Below, piece after piece: positions 1 to 8,985 of a stretch of DNA of 64,000 nt (its first letter is position 1; the number at the start of each line of letters is the position of its first letter). The notes below the pieces were generated by a model, which was not told where the DNA came from, searched no databases, and was given only the letters and a program-made list of their open reading frames with translations. The stretch spans positions 10,746 through 74,745 of the forward strand of contig CACYCE010000004.1 in assembly GCA_902772915.1 (NCBI GenBank), in the 5' to 3' direction. The stretch is from an uncultured Erysipelotrichaceae bacterium. GTDB lineage: Bacteria; Bacillota_I; Bacilli_A; RFN20; CAG-288. Both the position numbers and the translations under genes were made by a program.

Positions 1-1473
1 CCTGCTGAATATAAAGATTTAGCTGCTAATTACCATCAAAATATTATAGATGTCTTAGGTAACTATGATGAAGACGTCTTAATGATGGCTCTAAACGGTG
101 AAGAACCTACTGAAGAGCAATTGATTGCAGCTTTGAGAAAAGCTACTATCTCCGGTGAATTATTCCCTGTTTTCTGCGGTTCTGCTTACAAGCACAAAGG
201 TATCCAAATCTTATTGGATTACATCGTTGCTTTATTACCTTCACCTTTAGATTTGCCTCCTGTTGTCGGTCACGATGACAAGGACAATGAAGTTGTCGTG
301 CACTCTGATGAAAAGGAACCTTTATGTTCCTTAGCCTTCAAGATCACTACCGATCCTTTCGTCGGAAAGTTGACTTTCGTCAGAGTCTACTCTGGTGTCA
401 TGAGAACTGGTACTTACGTTTATAACAACAACAAAGGTGTTAATGAACGTATTTCTAGATTGGTTATCATGCACGCCAATAAGAGAGAAGATGTCGATTG
501 CTTAAAAGCTGGTGAAATCGGTGCTGTCGTCGGTTTAAAGAACACTTCTACCGGTGACACTTTAGTCGATGAAGCCAGAAAAGTTCAATTAGAATCTATC
601 GAATTCTCTGAACCTGTCATCTCTCAAGCTATCGAAGCTAACTCTAAAGCTGACCAAGATAAGATGGCTTCAGCTTTAATGAAATTGTGCGAAGAGGATC
701 CTACTTTCCACTTCTATACCAATGAAGAAACTGGTCAATCTATCATCGCTGGTGTTGGTGAATTACAATTAGATGTCAACGTCACTAGATTAAAAGAAGA
801 CTTCGGTGTCAAGTGCACCGTCGGTGCTCCTCAAGTCGCTTATAGAGAAACCATCAAGAAAGTTGGTGAGTGCGAAGGTAGATACGTCAAACAATCCGGT
901 GGTCATGGTCAATATGGTGTTGTCAATATCAGATTTGAACCTAACCCTGGTAAAGGCTACGAATTCGTCGACGCTATCACTGGTGGTGCGATTCCTAAAG
1001 AATATATCAAGCCTACTGATGAAGGTCTAAAAGATGCGATGACTAGAGGTTTAGTCGCTGGCTATCCCGCTATCGATATCAAAGCTACTTTATTCGATGG
1101 TTCCTACCACGATGTCGACTCTTCTGAAGCCGCTTATAAGATGGCTGCAGGTCTATCCTTCAAGGCTGCTGCTGACAAGTGCGATCCTGTCATCTTAGAA
1201 CCTATCGTCAAATGCGAAATCACCACTCCTAACGATTACTTAGGTGCGGTCTTAGGCGATATATCTTCTAGAAGAGGACAAACTGAAGGTATGGAAGCTC
1301 ACGGTAACGCTCAAGTTATTACTGCTTTTGTTCCTTTAGCTAATATGTTTGGTTACATTTCTGATTTGAGAAGTATCACTCAAGGTCGTGGTATCTATTC
1401 TATGACTTTCGATCACTATCAAGAAGTCCCTCGTTCAGTTCAAGCTGAAATCGTCAAGAAACGTAATTCCTAA
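1..1473 (+). CDS. fusA: Elongation factor G, 5'-truncated by the window edge
   Basis: Frame 1 is open from base 1. Motifs include FKITTDPFVGKLTFVRVYSG, EEDPTF, KQSGGHGQYG, GSYHDVDSSE and LRSITQGRG. Directly upstream of tuf. Confidence 0.98.
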   Translation, partial: PAEYKDLAANYHQNIIDVLGNYDEDVLMMALNGEEPTEEQLIAALRKATISGELFPVFCGSAYKHKGIQILLDYIVALLPSPLDLPPVVGHDDKDNEVVVHSDEKEPLCSLAFKITTDPFVGKLTFVRVYSGVMRTGTYVYNNNKGVNERISRLVIMHANKREDVDCLKAGEIGAVVGLKNTSTGDTLVDEARKVQLESIEFSEPVISQAIEANSKADQDKMASALMKLCEEDPTFHFYTNEETGQSIIAGVGELQLDVNVTRLKEDFGVKCTVGAPQVAYRETIKKVGECEGRYVKQSGGHGQYGVVNIRFEPNPGKGYEFVDAITGGAIPKEYIKPTDEGLKDAMTRGLVAGYPAIDIKATLFDGSYHDVDSSEAAYKMAAGLSFKAAADKCDPVILEPIVKCEITTPNDYLGAVLGDISSRRGQTEGMEAHGNAQVITAFVPLANMFGYISDLRSITQGRGIYSMTFDHYQEVPRSVQAEIVKKRNS

Positions 1474-1600
1474 TCAAGTCGAGGAAAAAATAAAATTTGT
1501 ATCTTTACTTGCGTATTTCAACTCTCAACTTGTTGAAATCGCAAGTTTAGATATGTTAATATCTTTAAGGTAAAACCATTATTGGAGGAAAATAATCAAA

Positions 1601-2785
1601 ATGGCAAAACAAAAATTTGAAAGAAGCAAGCCTAATGTAAACATTGGTACTATCGGTCACGTCGACCACGGAAAGACCACTTTAACCGCTGCTATTACTT
1701 ATGTTTTAGCTAAGAACGGTGGTGCTGAAGCTAAGAGATATGACCAAATCGATTCCACTCCCGAAGAAAAGGCTAGAGGAATCACAATCAACGCTGCTCA
1801 CGTTGAATATTCTACTGCAAAGAGACACTATTCTCACGTTGACTGCCCGGGTCACGCTGACTACATCAAGAACATGATCACTGGTGCTGCTCAAATGGAT
1901 GGTGCTATCTTAGTCGTCGCCGCACCTGATGGTGTTATGGCTCAAACTAGAGAACACGTCTTATTAGCTAGACAAGTCGGTGTTCCTTATATCGTCGTCT
2001 TCTTAAATAAGTGCGATATGGTCGATGATCCTGAATTATTAGATCTCGATGAAATGGATATCCGTGACTTATTAAATGCTAACGGATTCCCTGGAGATGA
2101 AGTCCCCATCATCAGAGGTTCTGCTAGAGATGTCTTAGATGGCAAACCTGGCGCTGAAAAAGCTATCTTAGAATTAATGGATGCTGTCGATAACTACATC
2201 CCTGAACCTGTCAGAGCTATTGATCAACCCTTCTTATTAGCTATCGAAGATGTCATGACCATCACTGGTCGTGGTACCGTCGTTACTGGTAGAGTCGAAA
2301 GAGGTATGGTCAAATTAAATGAAACCGTCGAAATCGTCGGTATCAGACCTACTCAATCTGCTGTTGTTACCGGTTTGGAAATGTACAGAAAGTTATTAGA
2401 CTTCGCTCAAGCTGGTGATAATATCGGTGTCTTATTAAGAGGTATCGAAAGAAGTGATGTTGAAAGAGGTCAAGTCTTAGTTAAACCTGGTTCCGTCACT
2501 CCTCACACTAAGTTCGAAGCTGCCGTCTATGTTTTAAAGAAAGAAGAAGGCGGAAGACACACTGGTTTCGTCAATAACTACAGACCTCAATTCTATTTCC
2601 GTACTACTGATGTCACTGGTGTCATCAATTTACCTGCAGATGTTCAAATGGTTATGCCTGGCGACAACGTCACTTTAACTGTTGAATTAATCCACCCTAT
2701 CGCTATGGAAGCTAACACCAAATTCGCTATCCGTGAAGGTGGCCACACTGTTGGTGCTGGTACTGTTACCAAGATTATCAAGTAA
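1601..2785 (+). CDS. tuf: Elongation factor Tu
   Basis: [40 protein letters not shown]; GGAGG RBS upstream. Confidence 0.99.
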   Translation: MAKQKFERSKPNVNIGTIGHVDHGKTTLTAAITYVLAKNGGAEAKRYDQIDSTPEEKARGITINAAHVEYSTAKRHYSHVDCPGHADYIKNMITGAAQMDGAILVVAAPDGVMAQTREHVLLARQVGVPYIVVFLNKCDMVDDPELLDLDEMDIRDLLNANGFPGDEVPIIRGSARDVLDGKPGAEKAILELMDAVDNYIPEPVRAIDQPFLLAIEDVMTITGRGTVVTGRVERGMVKLNETVEIVGIRPTQSAVVTGLEMYRKLLDFAQAGDNIGVLLRGIERSDVERGQVLVKPGSVTPHTKFEAAVYVLKKEEGGRHTGFVNNYRPQFYFRTTDVTGVINLPADVQMVMPGDNVTLTVELIHPIAMEANTKFAIREGGHTVGAGTVTKIIK

Positions 2786-2803
2786 TTTAAGTTTGCTTAA
2801 TAG

Positions 2804-2831
2804 AAGCTCTAGAATTATCTAGGGCTTTTTT
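2804..2831 (+). terminator. Intrinsic terminator of tuf
   Basis: AAGCTCTAGA-ATTA-TCTAGGGCTT stem followed by a T-run. Confidence 0.85.
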
Positions 2832-2903
2832 GTTTTATATTTAATTAATGATTTTATTGATAAAATTATTATGATAAAATAAAAGTGTTTAGGAGATAAA
2901 TTT

Positions 2904-4769
2904 ATGGCTGATGAAACAATGTTAGAGCCTTTAAAGGCTTATCCTTTACTAAAGGAAAAACTCAATCAAGCAATTGATGAATATTTCAAAGAACTAACTG
3001 AGAAATCAGGGGTCGACATTGGTCTTAACAAAGAGATATGTACTAGATATTACAAGGCGGATGGTGAATATAAAGAAGCCGCTAAAAAACTAGGCAGCAT
3101 CAAAGGCTTAAGAATATTCTTAGTTGTCATGCTACTTGCTTTGATTGTCGGTGCGGTTGTCTTATTTGTCATGTCCTCTAGAAATCCCAATACTAAAATT
3201 TTATTCATGATTTTAGGTATTGTCTGCGCGGTTTTAGCAGTGGGAGATTTAATATCTATTTTCACCGCTGTTAAAAGAACGATTGCTGCTAGACAAAAAA
3301 AGACTGATGAACTGAAGGCTAAAGCTGATAGCATCTTGAAAGAAGCTGAAGAATCAATGAAAGGTATGAACGCTTTATTAGATGATAATATCGTTCCTAC
3401 AATCTTGAATAAGACTAACGATTTAATCGTTATGGAACCTAATTTCTCAGCGGAGAGATATCAATATTTCAGAGAACAATATGGCTTAGAGGATAACTCA
3501 AATCAAGATATCGCTATCGTAAATGTCTTATCAGGAACGATTCTAGGTAATCCTTTCTTGATGCAAAAACAATTTGCTCATCATACTATTAGCAAAACTT
3601 ACACTGGAACTTTAGTAATTCATTGGACTACGACTTCTACTGATTCTAATGGTAAATTGAGAGTTGAACATCACACTCAAACTTTAGTAGCTCATGTTGA
3701 TAAACCTGCTCCTGATTACAATTATGAGACTTTCTTAGTTTACGGATCTGATGCCGCTCCTGATTTATCATTTACTAGATATCCAACCGTCAAATTGAAT
3801 GATAACGAAAAAGATTACGCTAAGATGGCTTCTAAGGCTGACAAAGAATTGAAGAAAATGCAAGAAGCTTCAATTAAAAAGGGAGGTAGTTTCACTCCTC
3901 TAGGTAATTCTGAATTTGAAGCTTTATTCCACGCTTGGGATAGAGATCACGAAACTCAATTCCGTTTGTTATTTACTCCTTTAGGTCAAAAGAATGAATT
4001 AGCATTGTTAAAGAGTAAACAACCTTATGGTGATGACTTCACTTTCTTAAAGAGAAAGAAATTGAATTATATTTCTTCTGTTCACTCTCAAAGTATTGAT
4101 TACGATCCTAACGGAGAGAGATTCCAACACTTCGATTACGAAGTTATGAAAGCTAATTTCTCTTCGAGTATCAATGAAATATTCCAAGGTTTATATTTCG
4201 ATTTAATACCTTTAATTTCTATACCTTTATATCAACAATATAAGTCTGTGGATTACATTTACGGTAAAGATACTCCTAATGTTTCAGCTTATGAACATGA
4301 AGCGGTCGCCAATTCTTTCCCTAATGATTTCTTCCAACACGAAGATTCTATTACTTCCAATATCGTAAAGACTCAATTCGTTAAAAAAGTTGGAATGTTT
4401 GACCAAGTTGATGTTACCGCTCACGGTTTTAGAGGAGTTCCTCGAACTGATTACGTTCCTACTCTTGGTGGAGACGGCTTAATGCATCCTGTCCCCGTCC
4501 ACTGGACTGAATATATCGACGTCGAGAAGACTACACCTATATTAGTAGCTGCGTCTAACACTCCTCGTCCTCAACTTCAAACTCTACTACAAAATGATGC
4601 ATTCAAGAATCTAGTAGAGAGATTAAATTGCTCGTCCTTCTCTTATAATAAACGCATCATGGCCTTTGTCACTTCTGCTCAAGTGACTGAAGCGGATTCT
4701 AAAGAATTCTCTGAAATTCTTAATCCTCCTACTCCCATTGATGAAATAAAGAAGAAAATGGCGAGATAA
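2904..4769 (+). CDS. Uncharacterised membrane protein (two N-terminal TM helices, large soluble C-terminal region), resembling the Mycoplasma protein family encoded beside lemA
   Basis: 621-aa ORF with host-like codons, hydrophobic segments near aa 70-120, adjacent to lemA. Family assignment is from recall only. Confidence 0.7.
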   Translation: MADETMLEPLKAYPLLKEKLNQAIDEYFKELTEKSGVDIGLNKEICTRYYKADGEYKEAAKKLGSIKGLRIFLVVMLLALIVGAVVLFVMSSRNPNTKILFMILGIVCAVLAVGDLISIFTAVKRTIAARQKKTDELKAKADSILKEAEESMKGMNALLDDNIVPTILNKTNDLIVMEPNFSAERYQYFREQYGLEDNSNQDIAIVNVLSGTILGNPFLMQKQFAHHTISKTYTGTLVIHWTTTSTDSNGKLRVEHHTQTLVAHVDKPAPDYNYETFLVYGSDAAPDLSFTRYPTVKLNDNEKDYAKMASKADKELKKMQEASIKKGGSFTPLGNSEFEALFHAWDRDHETQFRLLFTPLGQKNELALLKSKQPYGDDFTFLKRKKLNYISSVHSQSIDYDPNGERFQHFDYEVMKANFSSSINEIFQGLYFDLIPLISIPLYQQYKSVDYIYGKDTPNVSAYEHEAVANSFPNDFFQHEDSITSNIVKTQFVKKVGMFDQVDVTAHGFRGVPRTDYVPTLGGDGLMHPVPVHWTEYIDVEKTTPILVAASNTPRPQLQTLLQNDAFKNLVERLNCSSFSYNKRIMAFVTSAQVTEADSKEFSEILNPPTPIDEIKKKMAR

Positions 4770-4811
4770 TATGCTAGAATAAAAATACTAACGAAAGGAA
4801 ATTTAATTATT

Positions 4812-5483
4812 ATGGCAAATGAATTAGATGAAATGACTGGTCCTGTTAATGAACAAGGCAGAGATGTAAACGTTATCGAAAAGCAAATCCCCGCTAAAGT
4901 TGGCAAGGGAACTTACGTTTTCGTTGTTTGCTTATTTATCTTAGGTATCATTCCTGGACTCATTTTCTTAGCGGTCTATCAAGGTGCTAAGAACTATTTA
5001 AAAGGCCTCCAACAAAAGATTCAACACGATGCTTCTCAAATTGACAACTACTTAGAGCAAAGAGTTATCATTTTACAAAACCTCGTACCTCTTTTAAACA
5101 AGGCTATCGACTTAGATAAGGAAGTCTTAACTAAAGTCACCGCTTTAAGATCTGGCAACAACATCAATGGTGATGCTTCTAGAAATGAAGTTTCTAACAC
5201 TGTCGATAATGTCTCTAGATCTATCAACGTCGCTTTAGAAGCTTACCCTGATATCAAAGCTCACAAAGAAATCGCCGATGCGATGCAACAAAACTCTTAT
5301 TTACAAAGAGAAATTACTGCGGCTAGAGAAGTTTACAACGATTCTGTTTCCGCTTGGAACCAAGCTATCTTCCAATGGCCTGCTAAAGCTTTAGCAGCGG
5401 CTAGAGCTGGTTACACCACCAGAATTCCTTTTACCGCTTCTAAAGAAACTAAAGAAGCTGCTAGACAAGTCTTCTTTAACTAA
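4812..5483 (+). CDS. lemA: LemA family protein
   Basis: N-terminal TM, then LEQRVIILQNLV, EAYPDIKA, AAREVYNDSV, WNQAIFQWP. Confidence 0.9.
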   Translation: MANELDEMTGPVNEQGRDVNVIEKQIPAKVGKGTYVFVVCLFILGIIPGLIFLAVYQGAKNYLKGLQQKIQHDASQIDNYLEQRVIILQNLVPLLNKAIDLDKEVLTKVTALRSGNNINGDASRNEVSNTVDNVSRSINVALEAYPDIKAHKEIADAMQQNSYLQREITAAREVYNDSVSAWNQAIFQWPAKALAAARAGYTTRIPFTASKETKEAARQVFFN

Positions 5484-5500
5484 AATCAAATCTACTTGAT

Positions 5501-5529
5501 AAATACGGCTTAGCTAAGCCGTATTTTTT
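5501..5529 (+). terminator. Intrinsic terminator after lemA
   Basis: AAATACGGCTT-AGCT-AAGCCGTATTT perfect stem plus T-run. Confidence 0.85.
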
Positions 5530-5605
5530 ATTTAAAAATGCATTATTTAGGATGAATTATATTTTTTAATTATTTATAATTAACTAATGAAAGGAACTAT
5601 TAAAT

Positions 5606-6130
5606 ATGTCTAAAAAATCAAAATCTAAATTCAGGTTTTCTACTTCTATCTTATTGGAAAATTGCGCATTCTTATTTGGCTGTATCACTTTGTTATTTAT
5701 GTTGTTGCCAGTTATTAGAGTTATAACTAGCAGCGCTATTACTGGTGTGACTAAGGTCGAAACTTACAATATGTATTATTTAGCTTTCCCTGGGTCTAAT
5801 AAAAATGCTAATGCTGGTTTAATCGCTGCTTTCTCCTTGTTAGTAGGTGGAATGTTAATCGCTTGCACTTCAGCTTTTACTGGCTATAAGAAAAACAAAC
5901 AATTAGAAATGCTTCTCGCTTTCTTATCTTCGTTATGCTTAATTACCGCTGGTGTCTTATTCTTCTGCACTTTACCTTTAACTGGTATCTCTACTGGTGG
6001 AGTTGCTATCCCTTATATTGGTGCAGGTGAAATTTCTATCGGTGGAGGATTAATCTTAACTGGTCTTACTGCTGTTATAGGCGGATTATCTAACTGCGTT
6101 GCGACTGTATTTGCTTATAAGAAAGACTAA
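5606..6130 (+). CDS. Hypothetical 4-TM membrane protein
   Basis: 174-aa ORF, AAGGA RBS, four hydrophobic segments, own terminator. Confidence 0.75.
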   Translation: MSKKSKSKFRFSTSILLENCAFLFGCITLLFMLLPVIRVITSSAITGVTKVETYNMYYLAFPGSNKNANAGLIAAFSLLVGGMLIACTSAFTGYKKNKQLEMLLAFLSSLCLITAGVLFFCTLPLTGISTGGVAIPYIGAGEISIGGGLILTGLTAVIGGLSNCVATVFAYKKD

Positions 6131-6141
6131 TTCAATTAATT

Positions 6142-6166
6142 AACCTCACCTAGAGTGAGGTTTTTT
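6142..6166 (+). terminator. Intrinsic terminator
   Basis: AACCTCAC-CTAGA-GTGAGGTT plus T-run. Confidence 0.85.
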
Positions 6167-6204
6167 AATGGTAAATTGTAATATTAAGTGCAACACTTTG
6201 AGTG

Positions 6205-6254
6205 AAAAAAATCTCCCTTAATTTGTATCAATTAATGGTTCAAATTAAGGGAGA
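6205..6254 (-). terminator. Terminator downstream of tRNA-Ser
   Basis: 14-bp inverted repeat TCTCCCTTAATTTG/CAAATTAAGGGAGA, followed by a T-run on the minus strand. Confidence 0.75.
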
Positions 6255-6268
6255 AGTTTCATTTGAAA

Positions 6269-6356
6269 TGGCGGAGTAAGAGAGATTTGAACTCTCGCTG
6301 GCATACACCACTAACTCCTTAGCAGGGAGTCCCCTTCACCACTTGGGTATTACTCC
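6269..6356 (-). tRNA. tRNA-Ser (anticodon GCU)
   Basis: Reverse complement is GGAGTAA...CCCT-GCT-AAGGAG...GTTCAAATC...TTACTCC-GCCA. 88 nt, long variable arm, G discriminator, encoded CCA. Confidence 0.97.
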
Positions 6357-6382
6357 AAATTTCACCTTTATGGTGCTTATTT

Positions 6383-6411
6383 ATTATCATTTAAAAGTCG
6401 CTTATTGTCAA
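6383..6411 (-). promoter_or_regulatory. Sigma-A-type promoter of tRNA-Ser
   Basis: Minus strand TTGACA-17 nt-GATAAT, about 27 nt upstream of the tRNA 5' end. Confidence 0.7.
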
Positions 6412-6482
6412 TAAATATTGACCAATGTATCTTTCAAAAAATCAATATTAATAGTATTCTTAAATGGAGGTGAAAGTTAATT

Positions 6483-7796
6483 ATGAAGAAAAATGAAAGA
6501 GAAAGTTATATATTTCAAAAGAAATGTTTATTGGTTCTTTTGTACGTATATTATTTGAACAATGTTGATTTTGCAAACATTACTCCTCGTTCTTTTGGTT
6601 TTCACTTTGATCCGACTTGTAATTTTAAAGTTATCGTCAAATCTAAAAAAGAAAACATTCACAAATATACCATCAATATTTTTGAGAATCCTTACAGATT
6701 GAATTATTACAAAGTTGACATTATGGGTAATGTCAACATCATTAAATTATCTACCAGAGATTTGAAGGAATCTGAATTGTATTTACCTGAAGCGGGTTTA
6801 AATATCTATTTCGATGGGGAAAATTTTAAAATCTACGGTTATGTCGAAGGAAGACAGATGGAATTTTCTTCTTTTAGTGAATTTAATTTACCTGAACCTG
6901 AGTCTTTAGTCTATTCTTTAAATGACTGCAAGAGAAGTGAAGGCGTCAATTCTTCAGCGGAGACTTTTATCCTTTGGTTATTGAGATTATTCAATTCTAA
7001 ATTACATATAGATTTAGTAATGGGTGCGGGAATCAATAGAGATTACGGGGCTAAAGATTGGTCGAATTTATTAAATACTTTAAACACTCAGTTCTACGAT
7101 GGCAATTCTAAGATGGCTAACGAAGTTAACCATTATATAGGTCAAGAATTATTTACTTCTTCCATGGTTTTAAAAACCAGCGGATTTGATATATACAAAT
7201 GCTTAGCTAAGGAATTATATGAATTCAAGGAAGCTAAATCTTTCAATGATCCTGATTCTACTTTGTATAAATGCGTAGATTTTGTCGAGAAGAATCACGG
7301 CACATCAATTATCACTTACAACTACGACACTAATTTAGAATATTTACTTAAAAAGAGAGGCTTGAGATATTGTACCATCTACGATGAAAATTCTTTCGTC
7401 ACCAAGGATGCGGTATGTGATATTTATCACGTTCACGGTTTGTTACCTTACGGTAAATACGATCAAGTTAAATTTACAGATTCAATAATATTTAACGAAT
7501 CTGATTATTATTACATGTATAACAATCCTTACTCTTGGAATATTTCTAAACAACTTCATGATTTTAAATTTAATTGTTGCTTATTTATTGGAATTTCTCT
7601 AACTGATCCAGACATGAAAAGATTGCTTGAGTTAGGTTCTAATTATATGAAATTCAATTTCATTTTCATGAAGAAAGAGAAAGGCTATTTATCTAAAGTC
7701 TACAGAGACTTAACCGCTTATTTTTTCACTTTTGATTTAATTCCTATTTGGATTAATGACTACAGTGAAATCGGAGACTGGTTAGCTAAAATTTAA
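6483..7796 (+). CDS. SIR2-like domain protein (SIR2_2 type, putative NADase) with an unassigned ~165-aa N-terminal region
   Basis: MGAGIN, W..LL, IITYNYD, IYHVHG, FIGISLTDP; GGAGG RBS. Confidence 0.85.
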   Translation: MKKNERESYIFQKKCLLVLLYVYYLNNVDFANITPRSFGFHFDPTCNFKVIVKSKKENIHKYTINIFENPYRLNYYKVDIMGNVNIIKLSTRDLKESELYLPEAGLNIYFDGENFKIYGYVEGRQMEFSSFSEFNLPEPESLVYSLNDCKRSEGVNSSAETFILWLLRLFNSKLHIDLVMGAGINRDYGAKDWSNLLNTLNTQFYDGNSKMANEVNHYIGQELFTSSMVLKTSGFDIYKCLAKELYEFKEAKSFNDPDSTLYKCVDFVEKNHGTSIITYNYDTNLEYLLKKRGLRYCTIYDENSFVTKDAVCDIYHVHGLLPYGKYDQVKFTDSIIFNESDYYYMYNNPYSWNISKQLHDFKFNCCLFIGISLTDPDMKRLLELGSNYMKFNFIFMKKEKGYLSKVYRDLTAYFFTFDLIPIWINDYSEIGDWLAKI

Positions 7797-7800
7797 ATAA

Positions 7801-8985
7801 ATGGAAAATATAGAAAACACGCCTAAATACTTAGATGTTTATCCTTATTCTAGAGGGAAGAGAATATTGCTTTTCTTGGCGGATTTTTTCGTTTCTTTCA
7901 TCATAAGTATTTTCATATTTTCCTTCGTCACTTTCTTAATTGCTAAACACGTTTCGGATTACGATAATCGCTCTACAAAAATAGGGGAAAACGAATATCG
8001 ACAAGTTGAAATTTTATATAACAATAACATTCTCTATTCCGATGTGGAATTGAAGAAATTAGAAATATCTACCGCTCTAACTTACACAGGTAAACAAATG
8101 ATTTCTTATTTTGTCAATTCTACTGCTACTAACGTATTTGATAGCTTCTATGTCAAAGTCGCTAATAAGAGCGTAAATGAAGTAGCGGAAATGATTAAAT
8201 CTAGAGATACTTCTAATTTGTTTTTCTCAAGCGAAAAAGATATTAATGGTTACTATAAAATGAAGCCTGAAATCATCGATGAATTTAAACCGGCTTTCGA
8301 TCCTCAAGATCAAATGTCTGCTCAAGGTCAAAAAGATTACAATTCATTTTTAAAAAATCTCTTTTTGCCGATGTACACAGTCATGTTACAAGAGATTAGA
8401 ACTACAAATATCGTACCTTCAACTTCACCTTTAGCAGAAATTAAAACTCTCTATAAAGAAAATGTGGATACTCAAAATTTCTTAGATAATGTAGTTCAAA
8501 TATCAGCGTTGGTAAGTTATTTTGTCGGGGTTACTTTTTTATTCTTAGTCATACCTTTATTCTCTAAGAGAAATAAGACTATAGGATGTATGGCTTTAAG
8601 AGTATGTACAGTGAGTAAAGATAGTTTCCACATTCTTAAAAAGAGCGAAGTAGTATTGAGATATTTTTACGCATTATTATTAAATTTACCTGCTATTATT
8701 TTCTTGCCTATAGCGTACATAAAATTCAGTTATATATTCTCATATGGTTATTTACTATATCCTTCGTTAATTATGTTAGGATATTTAATCATCTCCATGT
8801 TTGTCACTTTCTTTTCTAATTACAATCAAACGTTGACAGATATGATGACTAGAACTATAACTATCGAAGATAGCATGCTTGATAAAGTTGTGAAATTAAA
8901 CAAAAATATCAGAGATAGCTTAAAGAAAAAAGAATTAGAGGAAAATGAGCATAAAACCGGAAGAAGCGTCAAATACGACAATTAA
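7801..8985 (+). CDS. RDD family membrane protein with a large extracytoplasmic insertion
   Basis: KRILLFLADFF (R..D), KTIGCMALRV, QTLTDMMTRT. Confidence 0.75.
   Translation: MENIENTPKYLDVYPYSRGKRILLFLADFFVSFIISIFIFSFVTFLIAKHVSDYDNRSTKIGENEYRQVEILYNNNILYSDVELKKLEISTALTYTGKQMISYFVNSTATNVFDSFYVKVANKSVNEVAEMIKSRDTSNLFFSSEKDINGYYKMKPEIIDEFKPAFDPQDQMSAQGQKDYNSFLKNLFLPMYTVMLQEIRTTNIVPSTSPLAEIKTLYKENVDTQNFLDNVVQISALVSYFVGVTFLFLVIPLFSKRNKTIGCMALRVCTVSKDSFHILKKSEVVLRYFYALLLNLPAIIFLPIAYIKFSYIFSYGYLLYPSLIMLGYLIISMFVTFFSNYNQTLTDMMTRTITIEDSMLDKVVKLNKNIRDSLKKKELEENEHKTGRSVKYDN

Noticed and set aside
916-924. EF-G GQYGV instead of GQYGH as loss of the translocation-critical His
   Set aside because: The critical domain IV His (E. 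coli H583) is in GSYHDVDSS, which is intact. The GQYGH position varies among EF-Gs.
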